This document shows positions 43,464 through 51,683 of a DNA stretch of 51,683 nt, piece by piece; position 1 is the stretch's first letter, and each line of letters starts with the position of its first letter. The stretch spans positions 1 through 51,683 of the forward strand of contig JBJMMA010000238.1 of assembly GCA_045805065.1 (NCBI GenBank), written 5' to 3'. The position numbers and the translations under genes were made by a program. The DNA is from Bdellovibrionia bacterium (lineage in GTDB: Bacteria > Bdellovibrionota > UBA1018). The notes under the pieces are model-generated. The model was not told where the DNA came from. It made no database searches and saw only the letters and a list, made by a program, of their open reading frames with translations.

Positions 43464-44330
43464 TTAGCGAATACGAATCGATACCGTCGCTGACAGGCCC
43501 GCCTGAAGACGCTCGACATCTTCATCAGAGAGCTCTGTCAGACGGATACGGACGGGAACGCGCTGGACAACTTTCGTGAAGTTTCCGGTCGCATTATCTG
43601 GGGGAAGCAAGCTGAACACAGCCCCGGTCGATGGGCTGATGCTCTCGACCACGCCGTGAAAGCTCTTGCCCTCGATCGCATCGACATCCACATAGGCCTT
43701 GTTGCCGACTTTCACGCCAGCAAGCTCAGTTTCTTTCAAATTCGCGGAGACCCAGCGTTCCTTGGAAGCCACGAATCCGAAGAGTGGCTGACCTGCGGGC
43801 ACGAACTGGCCTGGCTCAACCGATTTGCGTGCGATCGTTCCATCACTTGGAGCGATGATACGCGTGTAGGACACGTTCAGAGCGGCTTGCTCATACTTTG
43901 CCTTGGCAGCCTGGGTCTTTGCGGAAAGATCCTTGAATGCAGCGATTGCAGCTTCGTAACGCTCACGGCTGATGGCTTGTTGCTTGAACAGATCTTCCGC
44001 GCGCTTGAAGTTGGCTTCAGCTTCGCGAGTCCGGGCTTCAAGCGATGACACTTCTGCTTGTGCGGCGGTCGATGCATTGGAGTAATCCGACGTATCGATC
44101 TGCGCGAGCACATCGCCTGCCTTCACGCGTTGATTTTCTTCAAACATGACCTTTTGGATCGTACCGTTCACACGGGAGGAAAGCATTGTCACGTGAGCGC
44201 CGATTTGCGCGTTATCCGTGCTGACATAGGTCAGATGGTTGTAAAGCATGTACCCGCCCAGGATCACCACTACAGAGATGATGGCCGCCAGGATACGCTT
44301 CTTCTTGGTGCTCAGATTATTCGGATTCAT
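43464..44330 (-). CDS. EmrA/HlyD-family membrane fusion protein
   Basis: N-terminal TM, VSTDNAQ, FSLLPPDNATGNFTKVVQRVPVRI. Confidence 0.92.
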   Translation of the reverse strand: MNPNNLSTKKKRILAAIISVVVILGGYMLYNHLTYVSTDNAQIGAHVTMLSSRVNGTIQKVMFEENQRVKAGDVLAQIDTSDYSNASTAAQAEVSSLEARTREAEANFKRAEDLFKQQAISRERYEAAIAAFKDLSAKTQAAKAKYEQAALNVSYTRIIAPSDGTIARKSVEPGQFVPAGQPLFGFVASKERWVSANLKETELAGVKVGNKAYVDVDAIEGKSFHGVVESISPSTGAVFSLLPPDNATGNFTKVVQRVPVRIRLTELSDEDVERLQAGLSATVSIRIR

Positions 44331-45661
44331 TTTGAAAGTCCTTTCCCAACTGCAAGTTCAAGATTGATTAAAGCTTCAGAGCCGTCGACCTGAGCGCGAA
44401 TGATTCCCGCACGAGCGCGGATCAAATCCAACTCAGCATCCAGCACATCGGTGCTGGTGCGAGTTCCGGCGTTGTAACCTAAAGTAGCCAGGCGAACGCT
44501 TTCCTGGGCCATTTCGAGCGCCCGACGTCTGGCTCGATAAAGAGTGGCGTTATAGAGGTAGCGGCGCTTGAAGGTCTCAAATTCCTGTGGCGCCCGAAGC
44601 GTTGCGCTTTCTGCAGCGGCTTCTGCCTGCTGAGCCTGATAATGAGTCTGGAAGTTGCGAGCAAGTGTCGCTCCGCCGTCAAACACGCTCCAGGAAAGCT
44701 GAACGCCCACGGCGTAGGCATCACGGTAAGGGCCCGAGATGTCCTTGTTGATGTTGTTGTAATACTGCTTTTCAGCCGTGAAAGTCAGGCTTGGAATCCA
44801 GCGACCGTACGAAGCCTGATGCAGATTCTCAGCAGCATCCGCACGTTTGCGAAGCGCCTCCAGATCCGTTCTTTCGGCAAAGTCTGCTTTCAAATCCGCA
44901 GGAAGAAGCGCCTCATCAGGAACCGGAAGCATTCCGTTCAGAGGGCGATTGTCTTCTGCCATCCCCATCGCTAGAGCAAGATTCTTACGGGCCAGAATGA
45001 CATTGTCATCAGCCGCTGTCTTTTCAGATTGTGCTTCTTCAAGCTGAACCTGAACACGCAGCAGATCAAACTTCGTTGCGCTTCCGCGATTCAAGATCTC
45101 ACGGGTCTTCTGAACGTGATCCTGAAGCGTGCGCACGTTTTGTTGCGCGACGTCCGCCAGGATCTGCGCGCCCAGAGCTTGGTAAAAGCGCAGTCTTACC
45201 GTCTCATCGAGCGTGAACTTGGCGCGAGAGAACTCAAGTTCAGCGGCCGACGCAGCCTTTTTCGAGGCGCGGAACGCATTGATCCCACGGAAGCCGTCGA
45301 ACACGGTCCAGGAAAAATCAAGCGAGGCCAGGCTATAGGGAGCAACCAGGGCAAACTGCTGACCCGGTCCAACATCAAGAACCTGGAATTTAGCATTAAT
45401 CAGATGGCTAGCCGTAATGCCAAGGTGAGGAAGATTCGATGAGATCGCTTCAAGCGGTGCCCAGGACGCTTCTTTCTGCGCCGCTTGCACTCTCTTCAGA
45501 TCAGGGCTTTGACTCTGAGCTTCGCTCATGGCTTGAGAAAGAGAAAGCGCGGCGGTCGAAGTGTTTTCTTCAGCCAGTACCGGCTGAATACTCGCACTTA
45601 ACCAAGCGCTCAGAATAAGAAACGAGATGCCTTTTCTTGAGATGTTTTTCATATGACTCAT
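44327..45661 (-). CDS. TolC-family outer membrane efflux protein
   Basis: signal peptide, repeated 'WTVFDG'/'WSVFDG', 'YNAGTRTSTDVLDAE'; start may be a few codons later. Confidence 0.9.
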   Translation of the reverse strand: MSHMKNISRKGISFLILSAWLSASIQPVLAEENTSTAALSLSQAMSEAQSQSPDLKRVQAAQKEASWAPLEAISSNLPHLGITASHLINAKFQVLDVGPGQQFALVAPYSLASLDFSWTVFDGFRGINAFRASKKAASAAELEFSRAKFTLDETVRLRFYQALGAQILADVAQQNVRTLQDHVQKTREILNRGSATKFDLLRVQVQLEEAQSEKTAADDNVILARKNLALAMGMAEDNRPLNGMLPVPDEALLPADLKADFAERTDLEALRKRADAAENLHQASYGRWIPSLTFTAEKQYYNNINKDISGPYRDAYAVGVQLSWSVFDGGATLARNFQTHYQAQQAEAAAESATLRAPQEFETFKRRYLYNATLYRARRRALEMAQESVRLATLGYNAGTRTSTDVLDAELDLIRARAGIIRAQVDGSEALINLELAVGKGLSK

Positions 45662-45663
45662 AA

Positions 45664-46332
45664 TCAGTCCTGAATTGCGACGCCGCTCATTAATGTTTCA
45701 ACCAGCGTGTCCACGAGTTTTTCACGGTTCTTTTGTTCCGCGAGAGAAAACTTGAAATACTTTTTGCTTACCATGTGGCACCTCGACAGATGCGCGACGG
45801 TTCCATAAAGAATGTTAGCGATGAAGATCGGATCGATATCTTTTTTCACGATCCCAACGTCTTGGGCATGTCGGAAAAACTTCAAAAGATTCTGCATGGC
45901 CTCAAGAAATGTAGCCTCAAAGATATCAGCAGCAACAGGTAGCCCGGCTTCGATTTCTTTTCCGATGATTTGAGAAAACTCCGGGCGAGCTGAATTCGTA
46001 TCGACCAAGGCTTGAAGAAAAAGTTTAATCCTCACTTTGAACTCCGCCAGCGAAGCCGGCGCTTCCAGCATTCCGCGCGTGAGGCTCAAGCGGTACTCGC
46101 CAAACTCCTGGAGGCATGCCCGATAAAGACCTTCTTTGCCGCCGAAATGGTAGCTGATCATGCAGATGTTTGTGCCAGCTTCACGTGCGATGTCGCGGAC
46201 CGAGGTACCTTCCAGGCCGCCTCGAGCAAAAAGCCGGGTCCCAGCGTCCAAAAGCTGCTGGCGCGAATCATTGGGCTCTCGTGACTCGCGTGATTCTTTA
46301 GGGGACCCTTTGGGTTCCTTCTGTTTGACCAT
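45664..46332 (-). CDS. TetR/AcrR-family regulator
   Basis: HTH TSVRDIAREAGTNICMISYHFGGKEGLY. Confidence 0.93.
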   Translation of the reverse strand: MVKQKEPKGSPKESRESREPNDSRQQLLDAGTRLFARGGLEGTSVRDIAREAGTNICMISYHFGGKEGLYRACLQEFGEYRLSLTRGMLEAPASLAEFKVRIKLFLQALVDTNSARPEFSQIIGKEIEAGLPVAADIFEATFLEAMQNLLKFFRHAQDVGIVKKDIDPIFIANILYGTVAHLSRCHMVSKKYFKFSLAEQKNREKLVDTLVETLMSGVAIQD

Positions 46333-46338
46333 GAATAC

Positions 46339-46393
46339 TTTATAAAACGATTGTTTTACTCAGTCAAACAAACGTTTTAATTTTTAAAACGAT
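46339..46393 (-). promoter_or_regulatory. tetR promoter with tandem palindromic operators
   Basis: minus-strand TTGACT (46367-46362), 17 bp, TATAAA (46344-46339); palindromes TAAAAC-GATT-GTTTTA (46343-46358) and TCAAAC-AAAC-GTTTTA (46364-46379). Confidence 0.75.
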
Positions 46394-46612
46394 GTGATTC
46401 TCAGGGCTTAAGCGGTTCGAAAGGAAGCTGATTCAGGCAGTGTCTAAGGTTCAGACACTTCTTCGAGCCGTACTCAGCCTCAGAGTTTTCAAAACTCCAT
46501 GAGAAACCTCTCCTTTTCTCGGAATTCCAAGCGCTTATACGAAAGCGGCTCATTGGCACAAGAGTTGTTAATTCAGGGGGTGGAGAGTTCCGCCCAGAGT
46601 ATGAGGAGTTTT

Positions 46613-47371
46613 ATGAAACATTTTTCGAAAGAACTGGCTTTTGCCCTAACCTGCCTAAGCTACATGATGAGCACCTTAAGCATTCCGGCTTCAGCGGCAG
46701 AAAGAAATCCCGCCACAGGGCTCATCTTTGAAAATCCACCCATCCCCCCAGGATGCGTGAAGCTTGAAGAGGAGATCAGGTTTTCGGGCAAGAACGTATA
46801 CTTTTCTGATCTCGGGCATCTCACGGCAGGAAAGCTTGAAGTGGCCCCGCTTTCCTCCGTTGACCCTAAAGCTGCCGACGTGATCCGCACCGATGAAATC
46901 AGCAACTTAAAGGATGACAGCACGACCTTAACCAAGGGAGAAGTCACCTTAGAGAGCGCGACGCTTTCCGATCAACCGGCTCCCGTGAAGTTTGAAAACG
47001 AACCGATTAATCCTCGCACGGCGATGAGTATTCAAATCCAAAGACTCGACAACGATGAAGCCAATATCTCGGGAAGCATCAAACTCAAGCCCGCTGAAGT
47101 CGCTTTGATCAAGCTCAAGAACATGAACATCAAGGCGCTTGATGCGCCCTTTGTGGTCTGTGGCGTTGGGATGCAGCTCTACTTAAGCCCCGGCAAGAAG
47201 AAAATCGATCATGGCACTCTGGTCCTTTACGTTCATCAGGGCGCGGACAAGACCATTGCGATTGAGGCTCTGAACAATGGCCGCGGCGACAAGCCAGCCA
47301 GCCACTTGAACACTGAGATTGTGGCAGAGCCTGATTCCAAAGGCCTGGATTCTGCCGGAAGAGCTTTATAA
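46613..47371 (+). CDS. secreted hypothetical protein
   Basis: GAGGAG RBS before ATG 46613, signal peptide ending ASA, two Cys in the mature part; no family recognised. Confidence 0.7.
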   Translation: MKHFSKELAFALTCLSYMMSTLSIPASAAERNPATGLIFENPPIPPGCVKLEEEIRFSGKNVYFSDLGHLTAGKLEVAPLSSVDPKAADVIRTDEISNLKDDSTTLTKGEVTLESATLSDQPAPVKFENEPINPRTAMSIQIQRLDNDEANISGSIKLKPAEVALIKLKNMNIKALDAPFVVCGVGMQLYLSPGKKKIDHGTLVLYVHQGADKTIAIEALNNGRGDKPASHLNTEIVAEPDSKGLDSAGRAL

Positions 47372-47409
47372 GTCCATCTGTGATAGGGTCCCTCCCATAA
47401 GGGACCCTT

Positions 47410-48624
47410 ATGTCAAAGCTCAAGATCTGCGTAGGAATCACTGGAAGCATTGCGGCCTACCGAAGCCCGGATTTCGTGAAAGATCTGGTTGCTCGCGGTC
47501 ATGAGGTACGCGCTGTTCTGACAAGCGGCGGTAAAGAGTTTGTTTCCGCACGTGTGCTGGAGACTTTTACTGGTTCTCCGGTTTTAGCGACCAGTCCGTT
47601 TGATTCTTCTCATTTCGGAACCGATCACATTGCGCTGGCCCGTTGGGCGGATGTTTTCGTCATCTATGGCGCCACCGCGGATTTCATGGCGCGATATGCC
47701 CTGGGCCTGGCAGATGATTTTCTCAACCTGCAGCTGATCGCGACGCGAAGCCCAGTTGTGATCGCGCCTGCGATGAATCCTGCGATGTGGGAACATCCCT
47801 CGGTTCAAGACAATCTCAAAACGCTTCAGCGCCGTGGCGCGCGTTTTGTCGGCCCAATTCCCGGCAAAGTCGCTTGTGGAGAAACGGGCACCGGACATAT
47901 TGCCGAAATTTCTGAAATCACTTCTGCCGTGGAAGAAGCAGCAAAAAGCTCTTCGAGGGGTCCGCTGAACGGAAAGACCATTTTGATTTCTGCAGGCCCC
48001 ATGAGAAGCGGACTGGACCCTGTTCGCTTTATCCAAAATCGTTCTTCAGGAAAGATGGGACTTGAGCTTGCTCGCTCGGCTCAAAAACTTGGAGCTTATG
48101 TCAAAGTATTGCTTGGGCCTGTCGAGCCGATGATGGCTGAGCTTTTTGATGGTTTTGAGGTTCGCCGCTATGAAGGCCCATCAGAATATGATCGAGAGCT
48201 TTTTGAAATGCTGCCAACAGCAGATGCATTCTTGTCTGCTGCAGCGGTTCTTGATTTTGAAGCCGTCCCTGCATCTTCGAAAATTGAGCGTGCCCAGCTT
48301 CAAGGCGGAGAGCTTCACGTCCAGTACAAGCCTGTTCCTGATTTTGTCGCGCGTGCCGCAAAGGAAAGAAAACCAGGCCAAAAGATCATCGCCTTTGCCG
48401 CAGAAACCGGCACTGACTCTGAGATCCTTGCCCGCGCGCAAGGCAAGATGAAGAAGAAAGGCGTGGATGCACTCATCGCCAATCCGGTTCGCCCGGGACT
48501 TGGCCCTGAGGCAGAGAAGAATGAGATCTGGATTCTGAAACCCAATGCGGAGCCTGCTCATTTAGGACCTGTTCAAAAATCAGAGCTCGCTGAACCGATT
48601 TTACGCGCTGTTTTGGACACCTGA
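47410..48624 (+). CDS. coaBC: phosphopantothenoylcysteine decarboxylase/synthetase
   Basis: GITGSIAAY, PAMNPAMW, ACGETG, DPVRFIQNRSSGKMG, FAAET. Confidence 0.95.
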   Translation: MSKLKICVGITGSIAAYRSPDFVKDLVARGHEVRAVLTSGGKEFVSARVLETFTGSPVLATSPFDSSHFGTDHIALARWADVFVIYGATADFMARYALGLADDFLNLQLIATRSPVVIAPAMNPAMWEHPSVQDNLKTLQRRGARFVGPIPGKVACGETGTGHIAEISEITSAVEEAAKSSSRGPLNGKTILISAGPMRSGLDPVRFIQNRSSGKMGLELARSAQKLGAYVKVLLGPVEPMMAELFDGFEVRRYEGPSEYDRELFEMLPTADAFLSAAAVLDFEAVPASSKIERAQLQGGELHVQYKPVPDFVARAAKERKPGQKIIAFAAETGTDSEILARAQGKMKKKGVDALIANPVRPGLGPEAEKNEIWILKPNAEPAHLGPVQKSELAEPILRAVLDT

Positions 48625-48636
48625 GGATCACCGCAG

Positions 48637-49320
48637 ATGGATTCCATTGAAACTCTGAAAAAGTCGATTGAAGCGGATGCGGAACTGCGTGCGCTTCGGG
48701 AATTCGTGGAAAGCAAAATGCGGGAGCAAGGCCCGATCGATCCAGGGCATGATCTCGCTCATTTTTTAAGAGTTGCGCTCTGGACCCTTAAAATCGTCGG
48801 CAATCAGATCGAGACGCGCGAAGCGATCGCAGCTGCGCTTCTTCATGACATTATCAATGTGCCCAAGAACTCCCCTCTCAGAAAAGAGGCAAGCAGGCTT
48901 TGCGCTGAAGAAGCCGAGCGGGTTCTTCCTCAATATGGCTTTTCCCAGGATGCGATCGCAAGAATCAGCGAAGCCATTCGTTGCCACAGCTTCAGCCGTG
49001 GCGAAATCCCAAAGACTCCACTGGCGATGGCGCTTCAAGACGCGGATCGCCTGGAGGCATTGGGCAGTATCGGGATCATGCGCTGTATATCGGTTGGGGC
49101 GCGAATGAACGGTGAGTACTTTCACTCAAGCGATCCATGGGCCAAAAGCCGGGCACTGAATGACAGCCAGTATTCGATCGATCACTTTTATGTGAAGCTT
49201 TTGAAGCTGCCCGACAGCATGACCACAGCGGCAGGACGTGCTGAGGCGCAGCGACGTGCGGAAACCATGCGGATCTTTTTGGAAAGACTGGGCGAAGAGC
49301 TCGGCGAGCCTGCTCCCTGA
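48637..49320 (+). CDS. HD-domain phosphohydrolase (YedJ-like)
   Basis: HDLAH, LLHD, HSFS, QDADRLEALG, HFYVKLLKL. Confidence 0.9.
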   Translation: MDSIETLKKSIEADAELRALREFVESKMREQGPIDPGHDLAHFLRVALWTLKIVGNQIETREAIAAALLHDIINVPKNSPLRKEASRLCAEEAERVLPQYGFSQDAIARISEAIRCHSFSRGEIPKTPLAMALQDADRLEALGSIGIMRCISVGARMNGEYFHSSDPWAKSRALNDSQYSIDHFYVKLLKLPDSMTTAAGRAEAQRRAETMRIFLERLGEELGEPAP

Positions 49321-49364
49321 AATTCAAGAAGCAGGCCCACCAGCGGTTTTAGATCAGAGTACCG

Positions 49365-51092
49365 TTAACGAGTCATCTCGCTGACAGTTTGTTGGATCGC
49401 TTTGACGTAGCCGCGATAATCATTTTGAAGATCATCAACGCCAATCGAGTACTCGACATCAGGCTTCACACCCAGGTTTTCGATCGGGTTCAAATCCACG
49501 CGCTCAGCAATGGATCCCGTCAGGCGGAACGTGTCGACACCAAAGGAGTTTGGATAAGTGAAATCCAAGACGTAACCGCCAGCTCCAGCTGTACGGGTTC
49601 CGAAGGTCTTCACGCGCTTATTGTCCTGAAGAGTTGCCGGGAAGAAATCACCGCCTGAGAAATCCAGGCCGTTGATCAAGAGTAGAATCGGCTTCGTGTA
49701 ATGGTCCTGAGCTGGATTGATCTGATCCACGCCTTCTAGCCAATAGGGAGCCGTAAAGGTGTGACCCGCTTGGTACTCGCTGACGATGAACTCATAGTAG
49801 TTCTTGAAGAACTGAGCCGTCTCATAGCTGGCTGGGTAACCATCCAGTTGTTCCTTGAGAAGCTTTTGCGCATCTTCATCGCTTTTGATTTGCGCGATCT
49901 TCTCAAGCCCCTTGAGCGCGTCTCTCACATCCGCTGGAGTGATCATCATGCGATGCTTGGGAGTCTTGACCGCCTGATCGCTGAGCATGGAGACCAGCGC
50001 ATAGAGGTAAGAGACCGATCCGCCAGGATTGTTCACTTGGTCAATGACCAGCGCATCCGTACTGGATTCAAACAAGGTAACAAGCTTTTTGAAGTGCGCG
50101 ACGGCTGCAAACGAGTCCGTTGTGTACATGCTTGCGACATAAGAAGGAATCCGGATGTATCCGATGAGCTTCTTATCCGTGTTTTGAAAGATGTACGCAT
50201 AGAACGGATCTTTGTCGTCCGACTGCCAGATCTTCTTGCCGAGAGCGGGAGTGAAAGTCTTTCTTGCGCCGAGGGCGTAGGGATTGTCCACAAGCGAGGC
50301 ACCAGGAGTCGCGTGAAAATCACCCGCAATCATCTGACGATTCAGTAAAGGCATCCCTTCTTGAGCCTTTTGAGCCGACAAAAGTTTTTGTGCCAGCAAG
50401 TCAGTTGGGATTTTTTCAGGTGTGTATTCCCAAATGATCTGTCGAGTGTAGACAGTATCGGATCCTTTTGGCTTAACACCGACCGTGACAGGGCCACGTG
50501 GCACTTTCATTCCGCGAGCAGCAGTGCGGCTCGTGAGGTATTGCTCGGCTCGCTCCTGATCTGTCTGGATAGAATTGATGATGGTGTTGGACAGAATCTC
50601 TTTGACCGCTTCATCAGCACTTTGATCGCCAAAGCGAACGAGCTCGTCGCCCACTTGAAACGGAAACACATCTTCTGAAAGCTTGGTGCGATCAATGTAA
50701 ACAATGAAGTAGCGTCCGTCGGCGCCCTTGACTGCAAATGGCAGAGTAGCGGCTTCGGTCGACACAAAGCTAATGCTGGTGTGATAGTCGCGCGCCGATA
50801 AAAAGAGACGCATCAGAAGCTTTCGGTAATCGCGTGTACTGAGTGTTGTCGCGTTTTTGAGCGTGTCTTCTGATTGGTTGATCTGGTCGTCGAGATCCCA
50901 TTGCGCAAAATTTTTCTTCCACTCAGCTGGAGCGTACTGCGTATGAAATGCGTTGCGCATGAACTCGAGATTTCCGATCATCTCTGAGCGTGTTTTAGCT
51001 TGTGTTGCAGACTGGTCTGCCGCAAAGGCGCCAAAAGAAATCGCTGCCGTAGCCGCACCAACGAGCATTTGCTTGTAAATGCTATTTTTCAT
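49365..51092 (-). CDS. secreted S41-family protease, CPAF-like
   Basis: signal peptide; YAPAEWK, DYH (His), NNPGGS, DFSGGDFFP (Ser), TAGAGG, IENLGV (Glu); start set at MKNSIY. Confidence 0.85.
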   Translation of the reverse strand: MKNSIYKQMLVGAATAAISFGAFAADQSATQAKTRSEMIGNLEFMRNAFHTQYAPAEWKKNFAQWDLDDQINQSEDTLKNATTLSTRDYRKLLMRLFLSARDYHTSISFVSTEAATLPFAVKGADGRYFIVYIDRTKLSEDVFPFQVGDELVRFGDQSADEAVKEILSNTIINSIQTDQERAEQYLTSRTAARGMKVPRGPVTVGVKPKGSDTVYTRQIIWEYTPEKIPTDLLAQKLLSAQKAQEGMPLLNRQMIAGDFHATPGASLVDNPYALGARKTFTPALGKKIWQSDDKDPFYAYIFQNTDKKLIGYIRIPSYVASMYTTDSFAAVAHFKKLVTLFESSTDALVIDQVNNPGGSVSYLYALVSMLSDQAVKTPKHRMMITPADVRDALKGLEKIAQIKSDEDAQKLLKEQLDGYPASYETAQFFKNYYEFIVSEYQAGHTFTAPYWLEGVDQINPAQDHYTKPILLLINGLDFSGGDFFPATLQDNKRVKTFGTRTAGAGGYVLDFTYPNSFGVDTFRLTGSIAERVDLNPIENLGVKPDVEYSIGVDDLQNDYRGYVKAIQQTVSEMTR

Positions 51093-51314
51093 GATTCCCC
51101 CCAAAAAACTTCCCGAAAGTGGAAAGTTTCTTTTTTGTTAACAGGGCGAACAGCCAAGTCAAGGAGCGCGCAGCGAGTAGGCGTGGCGTGTCATCAGATT
51201 TCATCCGATTAGGCCTTGCGTGCGTTTCGTATTTCTCCTATACAACCGGTCCTCCGATCGCGCGCGAACCCGCGATTGAGCGCAAAAGCATCTAAAACTG
51301 CATCTGGGAAAAAC

Positions 51315-51569
51315 ATGAAAACGAATAGAAATCTCTCCATTGAACCTATTTCGCGCCAATTGATTTCCAGCATTGAAATCAAGCTCAGAGAAAGATTTGA
51401 AATGCTTCAGACGATGAAGGCTCAAGCCAATCGCGAAGCTACCGCCGAAGTCGAAGTCAACCACTCCGACGAAGCCGATGCAGCAAGTGCTCTTGAGTCA
51501 GCCGAGTCTTCTCGCATGATGGCAGAAAATCTTCGTCTGGAACTTTTCAAAATCGAAATTTTCATTTAG
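51315..51569 (+). pseudogene. DksA/TraR-like coiled coil lacking the C-terminal Zn finger (truncated or mis-assembled)
   Basis: DEADAA tip motif, 'LRLELFKIE' then stop where the sequence turns AT-rich. Confidence 0.55.
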
Positions 51570-51683
51570 AATTTTTATATTTTGATGATCCATATTCCTT
51601 CTCAAACACCAGACATTTTTTATTCTTTCTTTTTGTTTCGTATTAAAAACCTCGTGGCCGGACATTATGATATGCGCTGCCTA

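Overview
A mostly core-genome bacterial window. RpoB/RpoC/EF-Tu look deltaproteobacterium-like, and the CPAF-type protease and archaeal-type ProRS fit a Bdellovibrionota/Oligoflexia-like organism (taxonomy is inference). Left: an Rrf2-thioredoxin-SDR redox cluster, a TolC + RND pair with no adaptor gene, and a membrane glycosyltransferase. Centre (minus strand): tRNA-Thr/Tyr/Gly/Thr-tuf-rpmG-tRNA-Trp-secE-nusG-rplKAJL-rpoBC-tRNA-Val. Right: GATase, TrmH-family methyltransferase, pyrF, proS, ntrYX, pyrD, RsmB-like, acyl-CoA dehydrogenase, rsgA, serA, D-2-hydroxyacid dehydrogenase, dus, trhO, TetR-TolC-EmrA, coaBC, HD protein, CPAF protease and a DksA-like ORF with no Zn finger. No CRISPR array, rRNA, transposase or integrase seen. 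Best leads: (1) an unlisted 24-aa gene M(ATKKK)4AKK with strong RBS, own terminator and a motif-rich upstream region, a candidate nucleoid-compacting micro-protein; (2) a perfect 39-bp inverted repeat enclosing two hairpins directly after tRNA-Val; (3) a class I glutamine amidotransferase with a C-terminal Rof (Rho inhibitor)-like domain; (4) an unlisted 26-aa membrane peptide inside the Rrf2/thioredoxin cluster.
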